Part shown: positions 1 to 9,496 of the stretch, one piece after another
Layout of the letters: every line of letters begins with the position of its first letter
Position numbering within the stretch: the stretch's first letter is position 1
Origin: Promethearchaeota archaeon
Lineage (GTDB): Archaea > Asgardarchaeota > Lokiarchaeia > Sigyniarchaeales > SOKP01
DNA: 64,000 nucleotides
NCBI GenBank assembly: GCA_048939995.1
Contig: JBHLOY010000005.1
Location: 1-64,000 of the forward strand
Direction: 5' to 3'
Made by a program: the position numbers and the translations under genes
The notes under the pieces: generated by a model
Told to the model about the DNA's origin: nothing
The model's input: only the letters and a program-made list of their open reading frames with translations
Database searches by the model: none

Positions 1-2
1 TC

Positions 3-494
3 CTCTATTTTCTTTTTGGAAGGTTGAGGAATATTTTTCTTGGTGGTAATTTTACAATTAGGGTTGATATTAAAAGATAACAAAAGATAACTATTTGTTC
101 TCAAAGGATCAATAATTTCTAATAATTTTTCTTTTTTTATTCTCTCTTTAATATCTGACTTAAAATTTTTAGTTTTACCTGTTGACATTTTTAGATTCCA
201 ACTTAATCCTAATTGAGATAATTGTTCTTGAATATCGCTTCCAGTTATTAAATTGCCCTTTATTTCAAAAACTTCATCCGAATTTGGGATAGATCTTGTT
301 ACTAGCTCTAAAATTAAGTCTTCATATTCATGAGATCCTTTTAAAGTAATTTTTGCGCTTGTTTTTGAGATCTTTAACGCTGGACCTGTAAAATCACCTC
401 TAGAATATCTATAAAAGTGACGGTGAATAAACATTTGATTCTTTGCAGGATTTTCTAAAATTGGAGTTTCTATAATTTTTTTAATGAAATGCAT
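3..494 (-). CDS. hypothetical protein, runs off the left edge of the window
   Basis: Manual translation from ATG at 494: MHFIKKIIETPILENPAKNQMFIHRHFYRYSRGDFTGPALKISK..., open to the window edge; not in the ORF track. Confidence 0.75.
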   Translation of the reverse strand, partial: MHFIKKIIETPILENPAKNQMFIHRHFYRYSRGDFTGPALKISKTSAKITLKGSHEYEDLILELVTRSIPNSDEVFEIKGNLITGSDIQEQLSQLGLSWNLKMSTGKTKNFKSDIKERIKKEKLLEIIDPLRTNSYLLLSFNINPNCKITTKKNIPQPSKKKIE

Positions 495-677
495 TTTAAA
501 TTTCACAACAGTAATGACGATCTAATAATTTTATATAAAAAATCCATCTCTTTAAATTTTAACATTCAAATTTAAAACTTTAAAGCTTTAATTTGAAAAT
601 TTATTGATTTAAAAAAAATCTTGAAAAAATTAAAAAAAAATAAAAAATTTGATTTATATAACCTTTAAAAAAGTTAA

Positions 678-914
678 ATGATATCGATGCTGCTTAATAT
701 CTTCCAAGTTTCTCCATTTGAGGCTCCTTCCTTAACATTATGGATTTTAGCATGGCTTTTTTTAATCTTTGGATTAATTTCTATTATAATTTTAATCATA
801 TATACCAGATATGGCAGAGAAATATCTATTAGACTTTCCCTCCTCACGATTATCATGGCGTCAGTATTTTTAGGTTTCGCAATTCATTTCTTTCTTCTAA
901 ATTTTGGAGTATAA
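678..914 (+). CDS. small 2-TM protein, OST5/TMEM258-like (putative oligosaccharyltransferase subunit)
   Basis: 78 aa, two TM helices; C-terminal ASVFLGFAIHFFLLNFGV resembles the TMEM258 ending (ASLFMGFGVLFLLLWVGI, from memory). Confidence 0.65.
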   Translation: MISMLLNIFQVSPFEAPSLTLWILAWLFLIFGLISIIILIIYTRYGREISIRLSLLTIIMASVFLGFAIHFFLLNFGV

Positions 915-1022
915 AATCTTTACTTTATTTTCCCTACTTTGAATTTATATTGTTAATATTTAAAAAAGAAGAAATCTATTCTTCTTTTAATCTAAATAAA
1001 TATCATAAATGTGATAAAATAA

Positions 1023-1457
1023 ATGTTATTTCAATTTGATAATCCACTTTTTTGGCTAGGATTAATTTTAGGAACAATCGTAGTTGCTTTAATAATGTAT
1101 ATAGCGGTACTTGTCGTTGTTTCCAAAACTAAAGCCTCTGATAAAAAATTCTTGATACTACTTTTAGCATTTATTGGTGTTTTAGTTATTCCAATTGTTG
1201 TTAATGCCATAATGTATGTATTAAATATTATCGGAAATGGTATTGCGGCAATTAGAACTGCAATAGCGCCTTTTGGTGTAAACTATCTTCAAAACTTTGG
1301 ACCAATAATTTTCTTTTTACTACTATTAGTAATAACTAAATTTCTACTTGATGTTACATGGGAACATGCGCTATGGATTTCATTGCTTACTTTGTTTATA
1401 CTATATATCATTTATTCGTTAGTCCCTGAATTATATCAACTTGTTCAATTTGGGTAA
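1023..1457 (+). CDS. 4-TM membrane protein of unknown function
   Basis: 144 aa with four hydrophobic segments. Confidence 0.7.
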   Translation: MLFQFDNPLFWLGLILGTIVVALIMYIAVLVVVSKTKASDKKFLILLLAFIGVLVIPIVVNAIMYVLNIIGNGIAAIRTAIAPFGVNYLQNFGPIIFFLLLLVITKFLLDVTWEHALWISLLTLFILYIIYSLVPELYQLVQFG

Positions 1458-1506
1458 ATAGAAAATTAACTCTTTTTAATCCTTTTTTTTGAATGAAAAA
1501 AAGTAA

Positions 1507-4500
1507 TTATATTTTTTCTTTTAATTTAAGCCTAGGAGCTAGACCTAAACTCATCATTTCTTGTAATAGCAATTTAAATGCATAGGAACAAACAACTTTT
1601 GAAATAATGGTCCCTTCACCACAAACAGGACAATATCGTTTGTCTCTATTTCGATCATATGTTGCCAACAATCCACATTTTTCACAAACTAAAATTACTG
1701 TTTTATCGGATTCATCAAGCAATCTCTCTTTCAATAACAATGCGGATCCGTGACCAACTAAACAATCTCTTTCCATCTCTCCGAAACGTAGTCCACCCTC
1801 ACGTGCACGACCCTCTGTTGGTTGTCTTGTTAATATTTGAACAGGACCTCTAGCTCTAGCATGAAGCTTATCTGCGACAAGATGATATAATTTTTGGTAG
1901 TAGATAGGTGCGCAATAAATCCCTGCTTCATATTTTTCACCGGTAATTCCATTATACATTACTTCTCTTCCGTTGAATTCAAAACCAGCTTCAACTAATT
2001 GTTCTTGTAGTTTAGTAATATCTTTCCATTCAAACGCAGTTGCATCTCCAAGTTTTCCCGTGGTACTTGCTATCTTTCCGCTAATTCCTTCAAATAATTG
2101 TCCTAATGTCATTCTGGAGGGCATAGCATGAGGATTTACAATAATATCTGGAATAACTCCAGAGGAAGTGAAAGGCATATCTTCTTGAGGTTGGATTAGT
2201 CCAAGAACACCTTTTTGACCATGACGGGAAGAGAATTTATCACCTAATTCAGGAATTCTTAAATCTCTTACTTTAATTTTTACTAGCTTATTACCATCAA
2301 CAGTCTCTGAGATAATTACAGTATCTACTATTCCTTTTTCATTATGTCTCATATTTTTAGAAGTTTCTCTTCTGTTAGGTTGCATTAATTCAAATTCTTC
2401 GTATGATTTAATGAATCTTGGTGGAGAAGTACGACCAATTAGTACATCTCCTCCATTGACGGTAGTCTCGGGCTCTATTATTCCATCATCTTCTGATAAC
2501 AATCTATACGATTCTGCTGACTTAAAGCCTCTAACCCCTCTTTCTGGAATCTCAAATTTATCAACCTCTCCTCCGGGATATTTTCTTTCCTCAGCATCAT
2601 AGGTTCTAAAAAAATGACTTCTGGCTAATCCACGATTTATAGAAGCCTTGTTGATAATTATAGCATCTTCAATATTAAAACCCTCGTAACTCATCATTGC
2701 AATAATAAAATTTTGTCCAGCAGGTCTTTTATTTATTCCAATAATTTCCATTGGGCTTGTTTTAACTAAGGGTTGTTGAGGATAGTGAAGTGTATGTCCT
2801 CTTGTATCAAGTCTCAAATGCATATTAGCTGCAAATAAACCTAATGCCTGTTTAACCATTCCAGCCTCATAAGTATTCCTAGGAGATTGATTATGTTCAG
2901 GGAAAGGAATTATAGAAGCGCAGATTCCTAAAATTGCTGCTGGGGAAATTTCCATATGGGTGTGTTCTGTAGTTATATCTTCTTCAAACATGGCAATATA
3001 TGCATTTTCCTCTTCTTCAGCATCTAAATATTCAATTACACCTTTCTGGATTAAATCCGACCAAAGAAATTTACCTTGTATTAACTTCTCAATATCCTCT
3101 TTTGAAATTAACAGTTGTTTGTTTTTTATAACAAACAAAGGTCTAGTTGCTCTTCCAGCATCACAATTAATTTGTATCTCCCTTGAATCATGATAATATC
3201 CAATATTAACATGTTGACCTATTTCTCCCTTTCTTCGTTTTTCTCTAAGTTGATTAATAAATGGATTATGTTTTTGGTGGATGCCTACTAATTTTCCATT
3301 TAAAAATACTTTAACTTTTGAACCCTTAACATTTTTAACCTCATTTATAGGAATTACTCCCAAATCAATAAGTATGTTTTCAATGATTCTCTCATCAGCT
3401 CCAACCGAAATTATAGAAGCTAGACCTAAATTTTTCACCAATCCACAATTCGGACCTTCAGGTGTTTCAGCAGGGCAAATTTTTCCCCATTGGGTAGGGT
3501 GTAAATCCCTAGCTTCAAAGTGAGGTTGACTTCTACTTAATGGAGAAATTACTCTCCTTAAATGACTTAAAGTACCAACATGGTTAGTTCTATTTAATAG
3601 TTGGCTAACGCCCGCTTTTCCCCCTACCCAATTTCCAGTGGCTAAAGCATGTCTTATTCTTTCAGTAATAACGTCAGCTCTTACTGCTGTTTTTATATTA
3701 GGGGCTCTCCCTCTCACGGCAGTCCTTTCCAATTGATACTTAATGTCTTTTACAAGGTTTAAGAATGCAACTCTAAATAATGAGGTAAATAATTCTCCAG
3801 CTAATTTTAATCTTTTATTTGCATAATGATCTTTATCATCTGGCTCTCTAAGACCCAAAGCGAGTTCCATAACTTTTTGAGCCATCTGTCCCAAATAATA
3901 GGCCTTTTTTATTCGATCCTCTTCCGAATTACCAATATGAGGCAAAAGATACCTATCTAATACTTGAAGTGCTCGACGAATACGATAATCTTTAGTTTGT
4001 CCTATCGCAACTCTCTTTCCAATATAATCTAAAGCGTTTTGTTGAGATTTTTCAGCATCTTTTAATACTTGAATTTCAGAAGCAACGTCTATAACAGGAA
4101 TTAATTCTTTTTGAATTTCCTCATTTTCGGATATAGCTTCAAATATCTCTCTATCTGAGTGTAATCCTAAAGCCCGCATAAGAATTGCTAGCGGGATCTT
4201 ACCTGGAACAGAAGGGAATGATACTCTTAAATTACCATCCTTCTTCCTTTCAATAGTAACTGGTGCTCGGAAGCCGCTTCTTGTTGAAAATACCTTAGCT
4301 TGGTGAGTAGCGCTAGAACTCCTACTGGCTTCTTCAGCAAGTATCCTATTAGGAGCTAAATCTTCCTGAGTCACAAGAACGCGTTCAGTTCCATTTATTA
4401 TAAAGTATCCTCCCGGATCTAAGGGATCTTCTCCCCGATTTATGAGTTCTTGCTCTGAGAGACTTTCTAAAGGACATCGACAGCTTTTAAGCATTATAGG

Positions 4501-4878
4501 AATTTTTCCAATATAAATTTCTAATGTCTCTTCAGCTTCTTCTCTTTGAGTACGTTCATCAATAGTTATCGGTGTCATTTCCAGGGTTATATCAGCAGCG
4601 TAACTTAATTCTCTGATTCTAGCTTCAATTGGAGTTATTTCCATCGTGGCCCCATCAGCTTCTCTAACTTTAGGGACCCCCACTTTTATCTTGCCAAATT
4701 TTATTTTGAAACCTGGGATATCTGGAATAACTTCACCGGATTCATCAACTATCTCTTGCATTTCATACTCTACAAAATTGTTATATGAATCTAAATGTTG
4801 ACGAACTAATCCTTTTTCATCGAATAAGCTTTTTAATACAATCCATTTATCAGAATTAGATAAATACTCTGAAGTCAA
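1507..4878 (-). CDS. rpoB: DNA-directed RNA polymerase subunit Rpo2 (B, unsplit)
   Basis: Motifs GGYFIINGTERV, ETPEGPNCGLVKN, GDKFSSRHGQKG, GGLRFGEMERD; C-terminal Zn ribbon. Confidence 0.99.
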   Translation of the reverse strand: MTSEYLSNSDKWIVLKSLFDEKGLVRQHLDSYNNFVEYEMQEIVDESGEVIPDIPGFKIKFGKIKVGVPKVREADGATMEITPIEARIRELSYAADITLEMTPITIDERTQREEAEETLEIYIGKIPIMLKSCRCPLESLSEQELINRGEDPLDPGGYFIINGTERVLVTQEDLAPNRILAEEASRSSSATHQAKVFSTRSGFRAPVTIERKKDGNLRVSFPSVPGKIPLAILMRALGLHSDREIFEAISENEEIQKELIPVIDVASEIQVLKDAEKSQQNALDYIGKRVAIGQTKDYRIRRALQVLDRYLLPHIGNSEEDRIKKAYYLGQMAQKVMELALGLREPDDKDHYANKRLKLAGELFTSLFRVAFLNLVKDIKYQLERTAVRGRAPNIKTAVRADVITERIRHALATGNWVGGKAGVSQLLNRTNHVGTLSHLRRVISPLSRSQPHFEARDLHPTQWGKICPAETPEGPNCGLVKNLGLASIISVGADERIIENILIDLGVIPINEVKNVKGSKVKVFLNGKLVGIHQKHNPFINQLREKRRKGEIGQHVNIGYYHDSREIQINCDAGRATRPLFVIKNKQLLISKEDIEKLIQGKFLWSDLIQKGVIEYLDAEEEENAYIAMFEEDITTEHTHMEISPAAILGICASIIPFPEHNQSPRNTYEAGMVKQALGLFAANMHLRLDTRGHTLHYPQQPLVKTSPMEIIGINKRPAGQNFIIAMMSYEGFNIEDAIIINKASINRGLARSHFFRTYDAEERKYPGGEVDKFEIPERGVRGFKSAESYRLLSEDDGIIEPETTVNGGDVLIGRTSPPRFIKSYEEFELMQPNRRETSKNMRHNEKGIVDTVIISETVDGNKLVKIKVRDLRIPELGDKFSSRHGQKGVLGLIQPQEDMPFTSSGVIPDIIVNPHAMPSRMTLGQLFEGISGKIASTTGKLGDATAFEWKDITKLQEQLVEAGFEFNGREVMYNGITGEKYEAGIYCAPIYYQKLYHLVADKLHARARGPVQILTRQPTEGRAREGGLRFGEMERDCLVGHGSALLLKERLLDESDKTVILVCEKCGLLATYDRNRDKRYCPVCGEGTIISKVVCSYAFKLLLQEMMSLGLAPRLKLKEKI

Positions 4879-4922
4879 TTTTATTTAACTCCTTATTAAT
4901 TTTTCAAGTAGAATATTAGTTT

Positions 4923-5180
4923 CTAGACTTTTTCTTTGGTGACATATCTATAATAATTAATGACTTTCACAGTTGTATGAGAATCTCGTATAATTCTAAC
5001 TATATCCCCCTCCTTTGCTCCAATAGCAATAGCAACTGGATCCTTTTCAGACATTTGGGGTAAATCTATTACCCCAATTTGGTATTTTTCTAAGAGTTTC
5101 TGCGATTCTTCTTTAGTTAGAAGTTGGTGCTTAGGAACTAGCTCATGAAGTAAAACATCAATTTTACGTTTTTTTGTCAA
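4923..5180 (-). CDS. rpoH: RNA polymerase subunit Rpo5 (H)
   Basis: HELVPKH...LPQM..KDPV...GDIVRIIR...YYRYV; directly upstream of rpoB. Confidence 0.98.
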   Translation of the reverse strand: MTKKRKIDVLLHELVPKHQLLTKEESQKLLEKYQIGVIDLPQMSEKDPVAIAIGAKEGDIVRIIRDSHTTVKVINYYRYVTKEKV

Positions 5181-5255
5181 GAAAAAATCCTCTTATCTAA
5201 CAAATTAATAATAAAAGTGCGAGATTTCTAAAAAATTTTACTAATTTATATGGGA

Positions 5256-5909
5256 TCATTTATTAGTTGGTAATTTTAGTTTTTGTTGTCCAAACCTAAA
5301 GACCCAATATCCACTTTTTTTGCAGATAACTTCAACATTTTCCTCAGAAAATTGATCTTTTATATATTTTAAAATATAATCTGCTCCCATTTTTTTTCTT
5401 ACTACGAATTGAAAAGTACCTGTTGATTTCAAATAAAAAGATAAATCACTCAATAGATTTAATAATGACCTTCTTCCTTGCCTTAAAGCAGGATTCATAT
5501 AAATTCCATCAAACATTATCTTTTTATCTTTTAATGGCTCAAAATAACTTCCTTGCATAATAAAAAAGCGAGACTTGCTGGTAGGCATATTAATCTTTAC
5601 ATTTTCCTTAGTACACCAAATAGCTCGTTTATTAACATCAATTAAATAAATTTTACTTAAGGGGGATTCATGTGCTAAAACAATCCCAATAACACCGTAG
5701 CCACATCCTAAATCCATCAAATTACTGGGTTTTTGAGGAATGATCATATTTTCAACTAAAATCTTCGTGCCTAAATCTAATTTTTTATAAGAGAATACTC
5801 CAGAAATAGTTTTAAAAAGATATAAGTGTCGTCTTAAGGTCACCGAAATTGTATGAAATCTCACTTTTGAATCTGGAAAAGAACTGTAGTAATGATTCTC
5901 ACTATTCAT
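5256..5909 (-). CDS. class I SAM-dependent methyltransferase (RsmC/MTS-like)
   Basis: SGVFS..LDLGT, MDLGCGYGVIG motif I, MNP motif IV. Confidence 0.9.
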   Translation of the reverse strand: MNSENHYYSSFPDSKVRFHTISVTLRRHLYLFKTISGVFSYKKLDLGTKILVENMIIPQKPSNLMDLGCGYGVIGIVLAHESPLSKIYLIDVNKRAIWCTKENVKINMPTSKSRFFIMQGSYFEPLKDKKIMFDGIYMNPALRQGRRSLLNLLSDLSFYLKSTGTFQFVVRKKMGADYILKYIKDQFSEENVEVICKKSGYWVFRFGQQKLKLPTNK

Positions 5910-6931
5910 AATTGATCTCTTATCTTCTCCTTTGATTCACTCCAGTGAGGATAAGTTCCACGTTCCATAAATACTTTATTAGTTTTTATCACAATCCCTG
6001 ATTTTGCTTTATATATCTTCATTGCATTCATTTTAGCATTTCCAAACCCGATTAATTCCTTCTTAAGAGTCATTAAGGCTACCAGATCACCAGTACTTAA
6101 TCTAGCGTCGACATAACATACTCCTGCGGCAGCAAGATCAGCCCCATGGCATATAGCATCAACTGCAGTGTCTCTAATAAATATCTTTGGGAGATGAGAA
6201 ACCATTTTCTCCATTGGAAAGATAATCTTTCTAAGATAAAATTCATCACCCTCATTTTCATATATAGTTATTGCATCTTTAACATTTTGTAAAGTTACCA
6301 GGCTAAGATCCTCCTTAAAGTTGCCCACTCTGGTTCTTCTTAACTCAAGCATATGAGCTCCGGAACATAAAGCCTCACCCACATCAAAACATAATTTACG
6401 TATATATGTCCCTGCCTCGCATCCCACTTTAAAGAGAACAAGATTTTCATTTACATCAATATTATTATAATAATAAATTTCCCTAACTCTTAATCTTCTC
6501 ACAACTGAAGATTTTAAAGGGGGAGTTTGATAAATCTTTCCAGTAAAAATTCTAAAAATCTTTTCAATCTTTTGCTTTGGTTCAGGTTTGTGTAAATTCA
6601 TAATCCCAACATATTCTTTGCCTGAATCTAATAAAGCAGCTAGAGCACGAGTTGCTTTTCCAAGAGCACACGGAAGTATTCCTGTAACTTTAGGATCTAA
6701 AGTTCCACCATGACCTACGTTAGAAATACCTAAAATTTTACGAACCCAAGAGACTACTTCATGACTTGTTGGCCCCCTAGGTTTATCGAGGTTAATTACT
6801 CCGTATTTGAATAGATCCTTAATTTTCCGTTTTTCTGGATCACAACCATATTGATAATTTGTTGTATCTTGGGATTTTACTAATAATTGTTCAGGTTCAT
6901 CTGACGGTAATAAACCCTCGAAATTTTTCAT
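5906..6931 (-). CDS. cbf5: H/ACA RNA-guided pseudouridine synthase Cbf5 (TruB family, PUA domain)
   Basis: INLDKPRGPTSHEVV, GHGGTLDPKVTG, CEAGTYIRKLC, C-terminal PUA; uninterrupted. Confidence 0.97.
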   Translation of the reverse strand: MKNFEGLLPSDEPEQLLVKSQDTTNYQYGCDPEKRKIKDLFKYGVINLDKPRGPTSHEVVSWVRKILGISNVGHGGTLDPKVTGILPCALGKATRALAALLDSGKEYVGIMNLHKPEPKQKIEKIFRIFTGKIYQTPPLKSSVVRRLRVREIYYYNNIDVNENLVLFKVGCEAGTYIRKLCFDVGEALCSGAHMLELRRTRVGNFKEDLSLVTLQNVKDAITIYENEGDEFYLRKIIFPMEKMVSHLPKIFIRDTAVDAICHGADLAAAGVCYVDARLSTGDLVALMTLKKELIGFGNAKMNAMKIYKAKSGIVIKTNKVFMERGTYPHWSESKEKIRDQL

Positions 6932-7059
6932 ATTAAAATCATCAAAAATTAAACTTGGATAATTAAATTAGAATATTGTAAAATTTTATTTTTATCAATT
7001 TAATTAAGAATTATTAAGAAAAAAGCATAATTTTGGATTTATTCAAATATTAAAGTAAG

Positions 7060-7164
7060 CGGGCTATGGGGGAATTTCAGAGCCATCCGAGATGGAAAAG
7101 CTTGTTCGAACCCCCGACCTTCAGGTTAAAAGCCTGCTGCGCTACCTGTCTGCGCTAATAGCCC
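7060..7164 (-). tRNA. tRNA-Lys(UUU) with 31-nt BHB intron at position 59/60 (7074-7104)
   Basis: Minus strand GGGCTAT TA GCGC..GCGC A GCAGG CT-TTT-AA CCTGA AGGTC GGGGG TTCGAA [intron] T CCCCC ATAGCCC G; central helix TTCG/TGAA, bulges AAC and ATT. Confidence 0.93.
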
Positions 7165-7284
7165 TAACAAAATCTTTTTTAAAGATAAATTATAAAATTT
7201 TAACTATAATTACAATTTTACAAATCTATAATAATATAAAATTTTTTCCGTGAAGTTTTTCCAAGGGATATCTACTTCTCCAAC

Positions 7285-8298
7285 TTATACAAAATGCTCA
7301 AAACCGTGACTTTTTATTTCAATATAATTATTATTCTTTTTAAGAAATATTTTTTCGTCAGAAATTACATTTCCTATTTTTAATAATTGTCCTCCTCCTT
7401 CTCTAACCTTTTTTTGAGCCTTTTCAAAGTTATTAATACTAATGGTAAAGATTTGAATGAATTCCTCTCCTCCCTCAAAAATTAATCTTTCTAAAGGAAC
7501 ACTATACTCTTTTGAGTAATTAATTACCTCCCTATCGTACAAATTATCATCACATATAATTTCAAATCCGATTTGAGGGTTAGATTGCATCAAATCTCTT
7601 AAAGACTTAACTAATCCATCAGATGAATCTATACTTGAAGTTGCTAACCCGTTATCAGCCAAAATACATCCTTCGATGCCAGGATCTATTGGTTCTAAAA
7701 CACTTAGAATTGCTTTCTTATAGCTTGAATATTGCTCCAAAGGCCCTCCTAACTTTAAAAGAATATCAAAACCTACTGATGTTAGACCAAATTTACTATT
7801 AATTGCTAAAATATCTCCCCTTTGTATACCCTTCCTAAAAATTATTTCAGAAGCCTTTTTAAAGCCGAACACAGTAGGACTAATGATTAATTCTTTTGTT
7901 TTATTGATATCCCCTCCAATGTAGTCAAGATTCCACTTTTTACAATAGTCAATAATGCCCTCCATCAATTGATCGAAAAAATGTACACTCAAATCTTTTG
8001 GGATGCCTAAAGAAATGATGATCACCTTAGGTTTTACCCCCTTTGCCATTAAATCACTAATGTTCATTAGAACAGATTTGCGGCCCATTTGATAATAATT
8101 CATTTGTTCTGGTGCGTCAGTTGTGGATACAAACATATCAGAATTAATCACTAAATCATTAAGGAAATACTCCCTTTGAAGTTTAGAAAAGAAAATATCA
8201 TCGAAAATCAGCTGTTTATTTGTTTTTTTTAAAATTAGTTTTTCAATTTTTTCAATTATTTTTAATTCTCCGAGAGATCCAATAATTTTATTATTCAT
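7285..8298 (-). CDS. thiL: thiamine-monophosphate kinase
   Basis: GE..II, SDM, MNISDLMAKG, IGGD, SIDSSDGL, GGEEF motifs. Confidence 0.92.
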   Translation of the reverse strand: MNNKIIGSLGELKIIEKIEKLILKKTNKQLIFDDIFFSKLQREYFLNDLVINSDMFVSTTDAPEQMNYYQMGRKSVLMNISDLMAKGVKPKVIIISLGIPKDLSVHFFDQLMEGIIDYCKKWNLDYIGGDINKTKELIISPTVFGFKKASEIIFRKGIQRGDILAINSKFGLTSVGFDILLKLGGPLEQYSSYKKAILSVLEPIDPGIEGCILADNGLATSSIDSSDGLVKSLRDLMQSNPQIGFEIICDDNLYDREVINYSKEYSVPLERLIFEGGEEFIQIFTISINNFEKAQKKVREGGGQLLKIGNVISDEKIFLKKNNNYIEIKSHGFEHFV

Positions 8299-8349
8299 TA
8301 GAAAAATTTTATTTATTCTAAAATTTATATTTAATTAGTAAAATATTCA

Positions 8350-8481
8350 GCCTCTGTGGCTTAGTGGTAGAGCAACTGATTCGTAATCAGTCGAATTGGA
8401 AATAATCCTTTCGGGAGAATAGGTCGGGGGTTCAAGAGAGTAAATCCCTTTCGGATGGCTCTGAAATTCCCCCCAGAGGCT
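8350..8481 (+). tRNA. tRNA-Thr(CGU) with a 29-nt insertion at about 43/44 (8392-8420) and a 31-nt BHB intron at 59/60 (8437-8467)
   Basis: GCCTCTG/CAGAGGC acceptor stem, ACTGA-TTCGTAA-TCAGT anticodon arm; strict BHB GGGGG TTCA AGA GAG...CTC TGAA ATT CCCCC. Confidence 0.9.
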
Positions 8482-8485
8482 TTAA

Positions 8486-9496
8486 CTACACATCCTCAAC
8501 CGTTAAATATTTGTTTATTATTTGTAATGCTAGTGTTCGAAAAGCATCATTTATATTTTCCCCTGTTTTAGCGGAAGTTTCAATATAAGATAAATTAAGT
8601 TCTTTAGCGATTTTTTCGCCATCTTTAATTGATACTACTCTTTCATCTGTTAAGTCAATTTTATTTCCAACTAATATCAATGAAATACTTGGCGAGGCTT
8701 TTATTATTTCATCAAACCAACTTTCGAGATTTTCAAAGGATGTTTTATTTGTCACATCAAAAACTAAAATTCCTGCTTCAGCATTCGCTAAATAAGATAT
8801 TCTGACTCTTTTAAATTGAGCTTGGCCTGCTAAGTCCCATATTACAAAGCGTACAGTGCTCTGCAAACCCTCAAATTTGCATTCTTTTTTCATAATTGAA
8901 GTTCCAATAGTAGATTTATAATCTGAGGCAAAAGTATTCTCTACAAATCTGTGCACCATACTAGTTTTCCCTACATTCCCATCTCCTCCTAATATCAACT
9001 TGAATGCATACTCGCCAGACTTAATTTTAACTTTTTGGAATTTATCTAATTTTCTTTGAATATTTCTTGTACTTTCTTTTGTTATTAATTTTGGAATAAC
9101 AGGACTTACCGATCTACCATCAAAAATTCGAGCAATTTTTTCTGATGCTAGATAAGCATAAGGAAATATTGGATCAACTCCTGCAATTGCATCTAAAATT
9201 GTTACCAATACAGCCTCAGGTCCAGCTTCACAAAAAATCAATCTGTAATCCTCAGTATCGAAAGTTCCTGTTCCAAAAGAGCCAGAACTAAACTCTTCAG
9301 TGATTCTCGTCAATACAGGCTCAACTAATGCACTAACTCCTCCTAATATCTCTTCATCTAAACTTTTTTCTGAAGATTTTGTTAAAGCATCAATAACCAG
9401 TCCTTGTCTATTTACCACAAGAACCGCAATTAAATCATCAATACTTTGGGAATACCATTGCAATAACGCTTTCAATTTTTTCGTATCAATTGACAA
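8486..9496 (-). CDS. N-terminal roadblock/LC7 domain fused to a Rab-like small GTPase
   Basis: AVLVVNRQGLVI roadblock pattern; G1 GDGNVGKTS, G3 WDLAGQ, G4 NKID, G5 ETSAK. Confidence 0.92.
   Translation of the reverse strand: MSIDTKKLKALLQWYSQSIDDLIAVLVVNRQGLVIDALTKSSEKSLDEEILGGVSALVEPVLTRITEEFSSGSFGTGTFDTEDYRLIFCEAGPEAVLVTILDAIAGVDPIFPYAYLASEKIARIFDGRSVSPVIPKLITKESTRNIQRKLDKFQKVKIKSGEYAFKLILGGDGNVGKTSMVHRFVENTFASDYKSTIGTSIMKKECKFEGLQSTVRFVIWDLAGQAQFKRVRISYLANAEAGILVFDVTNKTSFENLESWFDEIIKASPSISLILVGNKIDLTDERVVSIKDGEKIAKELNLSYIETSAKTGENINDAFRTLALQIINKYLTVEDV

Noticed and set aside
1659-3523. Short ORFs antisense to or overlapping rpoB, and similar ones inside DP2, cdc6, pyrK, gatE and others
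   Set aside because: Fully nested within well-supported genes and carry no motifs
5906-6931. Possible cbf5 mRNA intron as in crenarchaea
   Set aside because: The ORF is continuous through GHGGTLDP with no insert
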